33,416 nucleotides of DNA from Candidatus Stercoripulliclostridium sp. (GCA_045594145.1 JAZNYA010000174.1:1-33416); one strand, 5' to 3'; positions 1 to 10,247 are shown, counted from the first letter of the stretch. Notes: generated by a model from the letters alone, not told the origin. A program made the numbers and translations.

Positions 1-60
1 CGGTTAAGACATCGCCCTTTCACGGCGGTAACATGGGTTCGATTCCCGTAGGGGTCACCA
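1..60 (+). tRNA. tRNA-Glu (UUC), 5' end truncated by window edge
   Basis: Anticodon arm TCGCC-CTTTCAC-GGCGG with TTC; T-loop GGTTCGATTCC; encoded CCA at 58-60. Confidence 0.93.
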
Positions 61-63
61 AGT

Positions 64-139
64 GGAGGCATAGCTCAGCTGGGAGAGCGCTTGCCTTACA
101 AGCAAGATGTCATAGGTTCAAGTCCTATTGTCTCCACCA
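64..139 (+). tRNA. tRNA-Val (UAC)
   Basis: 76-nt cloverleaf: acceptor GGAGGCA/TGTCTCC, D-arm GCTC/GAGC, anticodon arm CTTGC-CTTACAA-GCAAG, T-arm ATAGG-TTCAAGT-CCTAT, CCA end. Confidence 0.97.
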
Positions 140-141
140 AA

Positions 142-167
142 AAAAGCAAGTCGAAAGACTTGCTTTT
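142..167. terminator. Bidirectional intrinsic terminator between the tRNAs and the convergent ara operon
   Basis: AAAAGCAAGTC-GAAA-GACTTGCTTTT hairpin with A/T runs on both sides. Confidence 0.85.
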
Positions 168-197
168 CTCTTTGTTTCTCCCGGTTTCTATGTTTAG

Positions 198-1163
198 TTA
201 CTTGCTTGATACTATGAACGTCATCCTTTCTTGGATGCTGGCTTTGCCGTGTTCGGTTTTGATGCCACCGTGGTCGGACGTGATGATGATGAGCCAGTCT
301 TCACTTTCATACGTTTCTCTTGCCTTTATTGCGTTTATGGTTTCATAGCCGTAAGAGTCTATTTCTTTGAAGGCTTCTTTATATTTGGGATTATTAAAAC
401 TAAAGCCTTTGCCGTGACCTACTGCATCCGTTTGCTCGTATATTACAAACAAGAAGTCACTAGCATCTGCTTTTGCTATTTCCGCCTTAGTTGCATCTAG
501 GCTTGCTTCGTTGTCCTTTACTTTATTGAAGGCAACGTTAAGTCCCCTTTCTTCACAATATTTCTTTTCTTCCAGGTAGGTTGCTTTCTTTCTGCTAAAG
601 TGTCCTGCCCACTTTGTTATGAATCTTGCTCCACTTATTTTTCCTTCTTCCGTCAAACTGGTAAGAAGGGTTTTGGTGGACATATCTTTGGTTATATCGT
701 TCCCCGTTACACCATGTTCGGTTGCCCATTTTCCGGTTAAGATGGAACACCAGCCGGGAGCTGTGGACGTATCTTGCACGTTCTTTTCCGGATAATTTAC
801 GCCACCGCAATATCCAAGATTAAGGCTTGCTCCTTCTTCCGTTAACGCCTTAATACCGCTGTTTTCGCTTTGCATTTCTGCCAAGATATCCGCCCTGCAT
901 CCATCGTATCCTATGATGATTGCCTTCTTTGACGTCTTACCTTCCGGAAGTGCGGAATTAAAGTGGTCGGTTATCTTGTTGTATATCTCGATTTGGGGTA
1001 TGGCTGTTTCTATGGTGTTTTCATATCCCACCTTGGCTACGTTTTCCAGATACAACTCTTTGGTGTCGTTAACGTCCCACATATATCTAGTAAAATATAG
1101 GCTAAGCGAAGTAGCTAGCACTACTACCAATACCACAGCAGTAATTATGATTTTAAGTTTCAT
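198..1163 (-). CDS. Alkaline phosphatase superfamily protein (nucleotide pyrophosphatase/phosphodiesterase-like) with N-terminal membrane anchor or signal
   Basis: Motifs IIIGYDGCRAD, TSTAPGWCSILTG, TDAVGH, IIITSDHGG; hydrophobic N-terminus IIITAVVLVVVLATSLSLYF. Confidence 0.8.
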   Translation of the reverse strand: MKLKIIITAVVLVVVLATSLSLYFTRYMWDVNDTKELYLENVAKVGYENTIETAIPQIEIYNKITDHFNSALPEGKTSKKAIIIGYDGCRADILAEMQSENSGIKALTEEGASLNLGYCGGVNYPEKNVQDTSTAPGWCSILTGKWATEHGVTGNDITKDMSTKTLLTSLTEEGKISGARFITKWAGHFSRKKATYLEEKKYCEERGLNVAFNKVKDNEASLDATKAEIAKADASDFLFVIYEQTDAVGHGKGFSFNNPKYKEAFKEIDSYGYETINAIKARETYESEDWLIIITSDHGGIKTEHGKASIQERMTFIVSSK

Positions 1164-1172
1164 ATTCGCCCC

Positions 1173-2075
1173 CTATTCAATTACTTCTTTTATGAATCCA
1201 CACGCTCTAGCCATTGCTTTTTTTGCTTCCGGCATCCAAATTTTAAGATGGAAATCGTGGAAGGAGTTAAAGAAATGCGTGCCATGATATCTTTCATATT
1301 TTACACCCGCTTCATCAAATCTTGCTAGTAGCTTGCGATTATGCGGATTCGTTACAAAATCTTGGGCTCCTGTAACGACCAACGTCTTTGGGAAAGTCGC
1401 ATCGATTTTAAGAATCGGATTAAGGTAATCTTTAAACTCACTCTTATCGTAATCCTTTACTCTCTTTATGTTCGCAATACCTTTTAGCATTGCATCCATA
1501 ACGGGAAAACGCATCCAAAATTCCGTAAAGTCATAAGGTCCGCAAAAGAGCATGGCTCCTTTAAACTTGATGTCCATCGGCTCTACGCCAAACTTTTGTT
1601 GCCAATCCGTATCCAAAAGCGTAACGATTGTTACGGCACTAAGGTGGGCTCCGGCGGAATCGCCGGTAATAACTATTTTATCTAAATCGAGTTTGTATTT
1701 TTTCGCATTAGCAACCATCCATTTTAGTGCAGAAAAAATATTTTGTACTTCGTCTCGATAGGTATACTTGGGCGTTAAAGCGTAGTTTACGTTAATAACG
1801 AAATTTCCATCATCGGCATATTGAATACATACTCCACGACGGAATCTTTTATCGCCAACAATCCAGCCACCGCCATGAATATTAAAAACAACGGGGTACT
1901 TACCATTTGCTCCCACTTTATTCTCGTCAAAAAGCAAGTCGAGTTTGCATACTTCCGGCAATCTCTCATCGTATACCACGTCGTTTATTTCCGTAACGCC
2001 GGGGTACTTTAAACCGTTTGCTCCCTTATGCTTGATAAGGTCGTCTATATAAAAAACTTTTTCGAGTAGCGACAT
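1173..2075 (-). CDS. Alpha/beta hydrolase, HSL-like esterase/lipase
   Basis: HGGGW oxyanion motif, GDSAG nucleophile elbow, C-terminal Asp (GAQD) and His (FHDFH). Confidence 0.85.
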   Translation of the reverse strand: MSLLEKVFYIDDLIKHKGANGLKYPGVTEINDVVYDERLPEVCKLDLLFDENKVGANGKYPVVFNIHGGGWIVGDKRFRRGVCIQYADDGNFVINVNYALTPKYTYRDEVQNIFSALKWMVANAKKYKLDLDKIVITGDSAGAHLSAVTIVTLLDTDWQQKFGVEPMDIKFKGAMLFCGPYDFTEFWMRFPVMDAMLKGIANIKRVKDYDKSEFKDYLNPILKIDATFPKTLVVTGAQDFVTNPHNRKLLARFDEAGVKYERYHGTHFFNSFHDFHLKIWMPEAKKAMARACGFIKEVIE

Positions 2076-2076
2076 A

Positions 2077-3372
2077 CTATTTTCCCCTTCTTATCAATTT
2101 TACTTGCATTGGACGCAAGAAAAATCTTGCTCTTCCGTTTTTTGTTTTAATTTCCTTTCCAGCCCATACATCAAAGAGCTTTTCTCTTTTTTCAACCTTT
2201 ATTTGAACAAACTTCGGCAAGCCACCTTTTGCTATGTTAAAGTGGCTTTCATATTCCGTATTACCAACTTTTGCACCCCAAATTTGATATTTGTCGCCAC
2301 CAAAGACAACTCTGTTTTCGCTGGAATTTTGGTTTATGTTTATTACTTCTTTTTGCTTATAATACTTTAGGTCGCACTCCTTGCTTTCCGGAAGATGTCC
2401 ACCCATCATAAGCGGTGAACGCATAAACGCCCAAAGAGTAAGCATCACTTGCTTTTCGTTTTCCGTTAGTCTTGTATCTCTTTCTCCACCAAATCCGCCA
2501 CACTTAAGCAGTCTTCCTATGGGCAACATATCGCAATCCGGGAAGTGTCCTTCTCCAACAAAAGAAACCCACTTCTTTGCTATGGGGAAAATGTCCCTTA
2601 GGTGCCTTGTATTATCCCATACGTCATCCTTAATTCTCCAAGCGTTAGCAAATTTCATAAAATGGTCTGCTTCTTCCACAGGGGCACTCTCATGAGATAT
2701 GGCACCGGGAGAGAGTGATAAGACCATGGGTCTTCCCGTTTTCATTATCGCTTTATGATAGCCTTCTACTTCCTTTCTTCTGCCTAAGGTATATGGACGA
2801 GCCGCATCGTCAAGCTTGATATAATCCACTTCCCACTCGGCATACTGCTCGAAGATGGAATCCAAAAACTCTTGCGAACCGGGCTTATCCATATCCATTC
2901 CCTTGTTATGATTTAACCAGTCGCAATCTTCCCCGGAAATAACCATATCGGCAGTAATTCCGTTCGTGTTTTTAATGGGCAACTTATACTCTACGGCTTG
3001 GCGTGGTATGCCACGCATAAGGTGTATACCGAACTTTAATCCACGTTCGTGGCAGTAGTCGGCAAGATACTTAAAGGAGCCGTTTGCGGATGGGAATTTG
3101 CCGGGAGCAGGCACCGGTCTTCCCCACTCGTCCAAACATAGTTCAACGTCAAATTTGCCGTCTTCGAATTTTTGGCTTGGAGCGTTGATTATACCCTTTT
3201 GCGGATATGACCAACAAAAATCTACAACACAATATTCCCAACCATATTCCTTCAAATGCTCGGCCACGAAATCAACGTTTTCCTTGAATTCGTTTTCATC
3301 AACCGCGTGTCCGAAACAGTCGTAACTATTCCAGCCCATCGGGGGCTTTTTTGCAAAATCGTTTTTGTTCAT
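2077..3372 (-). CDS. Glycoside hydrolase family 27 (alpha-galactosidase / likely beta-L-arabinopyranosidase)
   Basis: PPMGWNSY, VVDFCW, VDYIKLDD, RPMVLSLSPG, WRIKDDVWD, FPDCDMLPIG motifs; arabinose operon context. Confidence 0.85.
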   Translation of the reverse strand: MNKNDFAKKPPMGWNSYDCFGHAVDENEFKENVDFVAEHLKEYGWEYCVVDFCWSYPQKGIINAPSQKFEDGKFDVELCLDEWGRPVPAPGKFPSANGSFKYLADYCHERGLKFGIHLMRGIPRQAVEYKLPIKNTNGITADMVISGEDCDWLNHNKGMDMDKPGSQEFLDSIFEQYAEWEVDYIKLDDAARPYTLGRRKEVEGYHKAIMKTGRPMVLSLSPGAISHESAPVEEADHFMKFANAWRIKDDVWDNTRHLRDIFPIAKKWVSFVGEGHFPDCDMLPIGRLLKCGGFGGERDTRLTENEKQVMLTLWAFMRSPLMMGGHLPESKECDLKYYKQKEVININQNSSENRVVFGGDKYQIWGAKVGNTEYESHFNIAKGGLPKFVQIKVEKREKLFDVWAGKEIKTKNGRARFFLRPMQVKLIRRGK

Positions 3373-3375
3373 ATC

Positions 3376-5406
3376 CTATTTTATTTTTATTTTAATAACG
3401 TTAACGCTTCTGGGTTTTAGTTCTACGCTCACGCCACCATCAACAGCTATTTCGCAAGACGTAGGAAGTACGTTCTCTTGCGGTTTGTTGCTGTAATCAA
3501 GGGTGTTCCTAATTTCATCATCGTTTGAGTAGAGCTCTGTTAAGGCTCCCCTTTCTTCTAGTTCGGCATCCGAAATAGCAAGTTCGAAGCTTACAGGCTC
3601 TTTATTAACGTTACATACTTTTGCGTAAATATACTCGTCGTCGGTGGTTACAGAAGTGAACACTCCGTCTTTTTCCGGCTCTTCCACAAAGAGATATTTA
3701 GGGCCGTAGTTATTGGAGTATAATTCTTGAACGTGATAGTTAAGAGTCTTTAAAGTATATAGGCTATTAAAGTTGATTAGGTTGTGCTTCCATTGCTCTC
3801 CGCCAACTCTGCTAAACAAGGGAGCATAGGAGCTGATTACTACTATATCTGCATTTCTTTCCAGCCCCGTAAGGTATGCACCTTCACTCAGTGCCGAGTA
3901 ATAATTATTGGGCATAACCCTATCGTTCCAAGGTTGATTTGCCGCATATTCGCCCAGGAAGATTCTATTCCTTTCTCTCGGATAGGTGTCGTACATGTTA
4001 GCGTGTTCTATGCACCACTCGGGCGTGCGATAGAAGTGGTCGTCTACTATTACTTCCGGCCATTTACCATCGAAAGCAGACCTTCTTTCTTCATATTGTT
4101 CGTGACCAAAGCAATCGAAACCAACAGTCCAAATGACTTCGATTTCCGGATACTTATCCTTTACTGCTTGTCGCATAATATCAAAATTTTTATTGTACGT
4201 TTCACCCCAGTTTTCATTTCCTATGCCTATTATTTTTAAATTAAAAGGTTCGGGGTGTCCGGCATCTGCACGAAGCTTTGCCCAAGCACTTTCTTCGGGA
4301 GAAGCGTTAGCATACTCTATTAGTGCAAGTATATTATTGAGTCTGCGGTCAAACTCGGGGTCGCCTTCAACGACTTTTTCATCACATCTAGCTTGGCAAG
4401 CCAAACCGGCATTAAGTATGGGAAGCGGTTCTGCACCCAGGTCTTCGGAAAGCAAAAAGTACTCATAAAAACCTATTTCGTTGGTTTGCATATAAGACCT
4501 GTCCTTTTGTCTTTCACCCCAGCAATTATATTTAGCTCCACGCTTTTCCACGTCACCTACGGTTATCGTCCAATCGAAGCTATTATCCAAAGAAAGTCCT
4601 TCTACCAAGCATCCGCCGGGAAAGCGAACAAAGCTCGGCTTCAAGTCACGAAGGGCTTCCACAAGGTCCTTTCTCATCTTCCCACCGCTCCACTTGGGGT
4701 CGTCTTTACCCCAGTGGTCTACGTCCCCAAAATACCAGGTGTCTGCATTAAGATTACCGCTTCCGGAAAACTTTGCTACAAACTTACCCATGGTAGTCTT
4801 TTGTGCCACGCAAGTTGCACCCACTTTAGTCCAGCCTTCTTTGGCACAAGGAACTTTTATGGTTGCTACCGACGTCAATTTTTCGCCCTTTTCATCTTCT
4901 ACGTAACACTCGATTATGCCGTTAAAGTTGCCATTTTTGATGAATACGCTAACTTCATAGGTGTGGCCTTCAAATATCCCAACGCCACATTTTTTCGCAT
5001 TACGTCTTAGGTATCTTCCGCCGTGTTCGGTTGAATCGCCACCGTTGTATCCCAAATTCTTAAGATAGAAATCTCCGCTTACAGCTAGATTCATATAGTA
5101 AGGATTAAGTGGAGCTATGGGCGTTTCCTTGCCCAACTTTAGCGAGCCACTGCCGGAAGTAGCCCAGTAACGCAAATGGTCGGTATAATGAATTCTCGTC
5201 ATAAACCTTCTTCTTGCGTGGAATATTTGATAATACAACCAATAAAAATCACGCTTGAAGTCATAGCAAAAACACTCGCAAGACGGATTGTTAATTTGGT
5301 TATTATTTATTCCGCCGTCAATGGAAAAGTTGATATCTTCAAAGAATATACCATATAGACGGGGACTTATTTCCTTATAGTTTTTTAGTGATGCCGTTAA
5401 TTTCAT
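3376..5406 (-). CDS. Alpha-L-arabinofuranosidase, GH51
   Basis: LYGIFFEDIN, FVRFPGGCLVEG, GIGNENWG (acid/base Glu), FLGEYAA (nucleophile), LERNADIV, SYAPLF. Confidence 0.9.
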   Translation of the reverse strand: MKLTASLKNYKEISPRLYGIFFEDINFSIDGGINNNQINNPSCECFCYDFKRDFYWLYYQIFHARRRFMTRIHYTDHLRYWATSGSGSLKLGKETPIAPLNPYYMNLAVSGDFYLKNLGYNGGDSTEHGGRYLRRNAKKCGVGIFEGHTYEVSVFIKNGNFNGIIECYVEDEKGEKLTSVATIKVPCAKEGWTKVGATCVAQKTTMGKFVAKFSGSGNLNADTWYFGDVDHWGKDDPKWSGGKMRKDLVEALRDLKPSFVRFPGGCLVEGLSLDNSFDWTITVGDVEKRGAKYNCWGERQKDRSYMQTNEIGFYEYFLLSEDLGAEPLPILNAGLACQARCDEKVVEGDPEFDRRLNNILALIEYANASPEESAWAKLRADAGHPEPFNLKIIGIGNENWGETYNKNFDIMRQAVKDKYPEIEVIWTVGFDCFGHEQYEERRSAFDGKWPEVIVDDHFYRTPEWCIEHANMYDTYPRERNRIFLGEYAANQPWNDRVMPNNYYSALSEGAYLTGLERNADIVVISSYAPLFSRVGGEQWKHNLINFNSLYTLKTLNYHVQELYSNNYGPKYLFVEEPEKDGVFTSVTTDDEYIYAKVCNVNKEPVSFELAISDAELEERGALTELYSNDDEIRNTLDYSNKPQENVLPTSCEIAVDGGVSVELKPRSVNVIKIKIK

Positions 5407-5428
5407 TTTTCCACCCGTTATTTATTGA

Positions 5429-6820
5429 TTATTTGATGTGAACGAATTCCAATCCGTTTAGCTTTGCATAAAGCTCTACGTCTTTTGCGGTTAGTGCAGT
5501 TGATACCACGGTGTGATGTGCACCCCCTGCTTCCAGCCATGCTTTAGCACCCGTCTTGAAATCGGGCTTTAGCTTCCACATAATGCGAGCAACGGGAAGT
5601 TTGGGCATGGGTTTGGGTTGCTTTACAAGTTCGATTTCAGCCGTGATTAATCTTAGCCTATCGCCCATATCAACCATACATACGGCTATGCCGTCGCCTT
5701 CTTGTCCATCAAAAACAAGTCTTGCAGGGGCATCCTTCCCGCCTATTCCCAAAGGATGTACTTCTATGGTAGGCTTAGTGGAAGCAACGGTCGGACAAAC
5801 TTCCAGCATATGAGAACCGAGTACCAATTCTTGTCCTTTAACCAAGTCGTAAGTGTAGTCTTCCATGAAGCAAGTGGCTCCCTTTCTTCCTTCTGCCATC
5901 TTCTTAAATACAGCTCCAAGGGCGGCTATTTTCCAATCGCCTTCTGCACCAAAGCCATATCCTTCCGCCATAAGTCTTTGTATGGACATACCGAAAAGTT
6001 GCTTGAGCCCATGAAGGTCTTGGAAATTTGTGGTTAAAGCAACGTAATCGTTTTTAGCAAGGAAACGCTTTAGGGCTATTTCATATTTTACTTGCTCTTT
6101 TACACTCTCTTCGTCTTCGGTGTTAAGAGTATAATGAGTGATTATTTCTTTATATAACGCATCGGTTTCTTCCGCTGTAACCTTGCTTATTTCTTCCACA
6201 ATATCACCGATGCCATAGTAATCTATTTGCCAGCCGAGTTTAATTTGGGCTTCCACTTTATCACCATCGGTTACCGCAACTTCACGCATATTGTCACCGA
6301 AACGACAAACCTTAACCTTCTTGGAATAATCCACGGCAACAGTTACGTCAACCCATTCTTCTATTTCTTTTATTACTTCTTCATCCTTATAGTAACCTGC
6401 AACGCTAACTCTTGGAACGCCAAGTCTTGTTAGAACGTAAGCGAATTCTCGGTCGCCGTGAGCAGATTGGTTAAGGTTCATAAAGTCCATATCTATTTCG
6501 CCATAGGGGAGTTCTTTGTTAAATTGAGTATGTAGGTGAAGCATTGGTTTTTGGAGTATCTTCATGCCGTTAATCCACATTTTAGCAGGGCTAAAAGTAT
6601 GACACCAAGCTATCATGCCTACGCACTCGTCGTCATAGTTAATTTCCTTAACGTACTGCGTTGCTTCTTTTTCCGTTTTTACCGTTCCTTTGTAGACAAC
6701 GTCGACTCTGCCGATTTTATCGTTTAGATATTCGACCATTTTTATGGAGTCTTGTTCTACTTGTTGGAGTGTTTCTTCTCCATATAGGAATTGGCTACCG
6801 GTTATGAAATATATTTTCAT
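5429..6820 (-). CDS. araA: L-arabinose isomerase
   Basis: TGSQFLYG, WCHTFSPAKMW, LNQSAHGDRE, YGFGAEGDWK, HMLEVCP, GGAHHT motifs. Confidence 0.96.
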   Translation of the reverse strand: MKIYFITGSQFLYGEETLQQVEQDSIKMVEYLNDKIGRVDVVYKGTVKTEKEATQYVKEINYDDECVGMIAWCHTFSPAKMWINGMKILQKPMLHLHTQFNKELPYGEIDMDFMNLNQSAHGDREFAYVLTRLGVPRVSVAGYYKDEEVIKEIEEWVDVTVAVDYSKKVKVCRFGDNMREVAVTDGDKVEAQIKLGWQIDYYGIGDIVEEISKVTAEETDALYKEIITHYTLNTEDEESVKEQVKYEIALKRFLAKNDYVALTTNFQDLHGLKQLFGMSIQRLMAEGYGFGAEGDWKIAALGAVFKKMAEGRKGATCFMEDYTYDLVKGQELVLGSHMLEVCPTVASTKPTIEVHPLGIGGKDAPARLVFDGQEGDGIAVCMVDMGDRLRLITAEIELVKQPKPMPKLPVARIMWKLKPDFKTGAKAWLEAGGAHHTVVSTALTAKDVELYAKLNGLEFVHIK

Positions 6821-8652
6821 ATTACTCTCCTTTGAGTGTTATTTTTTGCTTTGATATATACGTACATATCACATTTGCCACGGTTAGCAAATGCAAAATA
6901 CGGTATGACTTTGAGCGTTACGTTTTCACCGTTTTTAATTGCCGGAACTTTGAGCGTGTAAGCATTGAACTGCTCGCTCCATTCTTTTTCTACGTTCTTT
7001 TCATCCGAGCTTATTGCGTAATCGGTAAGCGGGGATGAATTATCTATGCTTTCTGCGGCATAAATAATGGGACCATACTTGACGTAGCAAGTTCCTTGGT
7101 TTGTTTTAACCCTTTCGTCTGCGGGCAATACTTTGGGCCCACAATGGAACTCTAGTTCCAACGTTTTTTCATTTTTATCTATACTAAAAACAAGATATCC
7201 TTCTTCTTGAACACAATCTTCGCTCGCAGTAAAGCCGGTCGCCCACTCGGGATTGCGAACCTTTAAGGTCTTGCCTTCCGCTTCGCTTATACGTACTTTA
7301 ATTGCGTAATTTTTGGGAAATTGCGTATCCATATCAACTCTTATCTTGCTTTCCCCTACTTCCAATTCCGCCATAGAAGGAATATATTGGTCGACATAAA
7401 CGGAATTACTATCCGTTGCATAAACGAGCGAGCCCACGCTTGCTATTTGACGTGCGATATTTGGGGGACAACAAGAGCAAGAGAAGTCCTTTTGACGTTC
7501 GGAAATAGGATGCCTTATGGCGTTTATTTTTCTCTTTCCATGGTCTACTTCCAAAGGATTTTCATAAAAGAATTTATCGCCGTCCAGGCTGACGCCCGAC
7601 AACATACCGTTATATAATACTCGTTCGATAAGGTCGGCATAAGTTGCCTTGCGTTCTATTTCTTGTAAGCGTCTGGCAAACATAATCAGCGAAATTGCCG
7701 CACAGCTTTCGGTGTACGCTTGTGCGTTAGGTAGCACGAAATCTTTATCAAAACCTTCCGTCAAAGCCTTTGCTCCTATTCCGCCGGTGACGTACATTCT
7801 TCTATCAACTATGTTTTCATAAATGCACTTTAGAGCGTAGATGAGCTCTTCATCGTTTTCTATTAACGCTACGTCCGCTGCTCCTGAATATAGATAGCAC
7901 GCCCTTACGCTATGACCTTCAGCCGTGCGTTGCTCACGAAGGGGTAGAAAATCTTGTCCATAATATCCGTCCAGCCACGGATTAAGACGATTTAGCTTTT
8001 TGTTTAAGCCCTTATCTCCTTCTTCCGTACCACGCACGTAAATAAAATATTTTGCCATTTCAAAATATTTTTTCTTGCCGGTGTGCTTATAAAGTTTCAC
8101 AAGAGCGAGTTCTATTTCGGGGTGTCCCGGACAAGTGAAGCCGGTGTCTTTATCTATAATAAAACGCTTTTCTACGTAATCGCAATATCTTTCCACAACA
8201 CCAAGAAGAGCATCTTTGCCGGTTGCATTATGGTATGCAATCGCTGCTTCTATAAGGTGTCCAAGGCAGTATAATTCGTGGTCGGGACGATGCTTAAAAA
8301 TAGCTCCCGGACGAACAGCCAGAAAATGAGCGTTATAATAGCCGTCGGGACGTTGGTTTTTAACGATATTTCCAATTATACCGTCAATGAATTTTTCTAC
8401 CTTTTCATCTCTTTGTTTGCTAAGTAGAAACGCCCAGGCTTCTATGTACTTAGCCACGTCGCTATCATAAAAAATATGCGGGGCTTTACGCCAAAATTGC
8501 CATTTCCTATAGGAACATTCCGTTGCCGCAAAGCGTCTTTTCTTTACGTATTCGTGCTTGATAGACGGAAGACTTACTTCTCTCGTTATTTTTTGTCTAT
8601 CCAGCCAAAATCCTTCTTTTAATTCTACGTTTTTAAAATCGACGTTTCCCAT
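6817..8652 (-). CDS. Beta-L-arabinofuranosidase, GH127
   Basis: FYDSDVAKYIEA, HELYCLGHLIEAA, GHPEIELAL, EGHSVRA, AYTESCA, CSCCPPN (Zn/Cys nucleophile), IPYFAFANRG. Confidence 0.92.
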   Translation of the reverse strand: MGNVDFKNVELKEGFWLDRQKITREVSLPSIKHEYVKKRRFAATECSYRKWQFWRKAPHIFYDSDVAKYIEAWAFLLSKQRDEKVEKFIDGIIGNIVKNQRPDGYYNAHFLAVRPGAIFKHRPDHELYCLGHLIEAAIAYHNATGKDALLGVVERYCDYVEKRFIIDKDTGFTCPGHPEIELALVKLYKHTGKKKYFEMAKYFIYVRGTEEGDKGLNKKLNRLNPWLDGYYGQDFLPLREQRTAEGHSVRACYLYSGAADVALIENDEELIYALKCIYENIVDRRMYVTGGIGAKALTEGFDKDFVLPNAQAYTESCAAISLIMFARRLQEIERKATYADLIERVLYNGMLSGVSLDGDKFFYENPLEVDHGKRKINAIRHPISERQKDFSCSCCPPNIARQIASVGSLVYATDSNSVYVDQYIPSMAELEVGESKIRVDMDTQFPKNYAIKVRISEAEGKTLKVRNPEWATGFTASEDCVQEEGYLVFSIDKNEKTLELEFHCGPKVLPADERVKTNQGTCYVKYGPIIYAAESIDNSSPLTDYAISSDEKNVEKEWSEQFNAYTLKVPAIKNGENVTLKVIPYFAFANRGKCDMYVYIKAKNNTQRRVI

Positions 8653-9356
8653 TATTTCTTTTGCCCGTAATATGCGTTTTTTCCGTGTTTTCTATAATAG
8701 TGTTTATCTTGCAAATATTCAGGAGCCGTTTCTGCTTCCTTGTTAAAACGAAGAGTTAAGGCTGCCATCTTGGCAACTTCTTCTAAAATAATGCTGTTTT
8801 CCACAGCCTTAAAACAATCTTTTCCCCAAGTAAACGGAGCGTGGTTTCTAATTAATGCGGCAGGACAAGACGTGATGTCCCTTCCGCTTTCTTTAAAATA
8901 CTCCACGATTACAAGACCGCTGTTTAGTTCGTAATCGTGCTCCACTTCTTCTTTGGTTAATGCTCTCGTAACCGGGATTTCTCCATAGAAGGTGTCTGCG
9001 TGAGTGGTGCCGTAGCAAGCTATGCCTTTGCCTGCTTGAGCACTTGCTGTCGCATAAGTAGAATGAGTGTGTACGACGCCACCGATTTCTTCAAATGCGT
9101 TATATAACGCAAGGTGCGACTTTAGGTCGGAACTAGGGTTTAGCTCGCCTTCCAAAACGTTGCCTTCCAGGTCGGTTACGACTATGTCTTCTGCCGTCAT
9201 TTCGTCATACGCCACACCGGACGGCTTTATTGCAACAACCCCGAGAGCTCTATCAATCTCGCTTGCGTTACCCCAAGTTAATATAACCAGTCCTGCTTTA
9301 ACCAGCTCCTTGTTTGCCTTAAGCACTCTTTCTTTTAGTTCTTGATACTTGCTCAT
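8652..9356 (-). CDS. araD: L-ribulose-5-phosphate 4-epimerase
   Basis: TWGNAS, IKPSGV, PSSD, VHTHS, GTTHADTFYG, C-terminal KHYYRKHGKNAYYGQ. Confidence 0.96.
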   Translation of the reverse strand: MSKYQELKERVLKANKELVKAGLVILTWGNASEIDRALGVVAIKPSGVAYDEMTAEDIVVTDLEGNVLEGELNPSSDLKSHLALYNAFEEIGGVVHTHSTYATASAQAGKGIACYGTTHADTFYGEIPVTRALTKEEVEHDYELNSGLVIVEYFKESGRDITSCPAALIRNHAPFTWGKDCFKAVENSIILEEVAKMAALTLRFNKEAETAPEYLQDKHYYRKHGKNAYYGQKK

Positions 9357-9385
9357 AATCTTCCTTTTAGGCTTCTTTTTATTGA

Positions 9386-10207
9386 TTATTGGTTACCGAA
9401 TCCGTGATTATCCGGGTCACGATATCTTCTTATTCCATTATGGAGTTTTCTTAATTCTCCTATTTCTTCTTGGCTTAATTCCAGTTCTATTGCCCTAAAG
9501 TTTGTTGCCATCCTTTCCTTTTTGGTACTCTTTGGTATGACGGCAATGCCTTCTAGAATATCCCACTTTAATATTACTTCCGCTTCCGTCACGCCATGCT
9601 TTTGGGCGATTTCTTTAATTTGCGGTATCATAAGTGCTTCACCACGCATGAACGGGCTCCAAGCTTCTACCAAAATTCCTTCTTTTTTGCAGTAATCAAC
9701 TAACTCGAACTGCCTAAATTCCGGGTGCAATTCCACTTGGTTTACCATGGGCTTTATTCTTTGGTACTCCTTCATTTCTTCCAAGTGATGCTCTTTAAAA
9801 TTAGAAACACCTATGGAACGAACCTTTCCTTCTAAGTACGCATCTTCCATTGCCCGCCAAGTTTCTTTTACGTCCTTATGGGGCCAATGTATGAGTAATC
9901 CATCTAGGTATTCAAGCCCTAAAAGTCTTAAGGATTTTTCTATTTGTTCCCTGGTTTTTTCGTAGGTATTAACGTTTGTCCATAACTTAGTCGTAACAAA
10001 AAGTTGTTCTCTTGGAACGTCCGTTTCCTTGAGTGCAAAGCCTATCTCTCTTTCATTTTCATAAAAAACAGCGGTGTCTATCCTACGATATCCAACGCTT
10101 ATTGCATCTAAAACTGCTTGCTTTGCATCAAATTCTCCGGTAATTTTATAGGTACCGAACCCCAGCATATCATAGCTTATTCCGTTAGAAAGTTTTGTGG
10201 TTATCAT
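9386..10207 (-). CDS. Aldo/keto reductase (2,5-DKG reductase-like)
   Basis: GFGTY, GYRRIDTAVFYENE, FVTTKLW, LIHWP, IGVSNF, NQVELHP, IPKS. Start moved from 10237 to ATG 10207 because GGAG SD precedes it. Confidence 0.9.
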   Translation of the reverse strand: MITTKLSNGISYDMLGFGTYKITGEFDAKQAVLDAISVGYRRIDTAVFYENEREIGFALKETDVPREQLFVTTKLWTNVNTYEKTREQIEKSLRLLGLEYLDGLLIHWPHKDVKETWRAMEDAYLEGKVRSIGVSNFKEHHLEEMKEYQRIKPMVNQVELHPEFRQFELVDYCKKEGILVEAWSPFMRGEALMIPQIKEIAQKHGVTEAEVILKWDILEGIAVIPKSTKKERMATNFRAIELELSQEEIGELRKLHNGIRRYRDPDNHGFGNQ

Positions 10208-10247
10208 GCTCTCTCCGTGCGTGCGTATATAATGCATATCTGTAGTA

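Noticed and set aside
91-348. 85-aa ORF on the + strand
   Set aside because: Overlaps tRNA-Val, the terminator and the antisense strand of a real gene.
10216-10235. AraR operator in the ara leader
   Set aside because: TATACGCACG only weakly resembles the TGTACGTACA core and is not palindromic.
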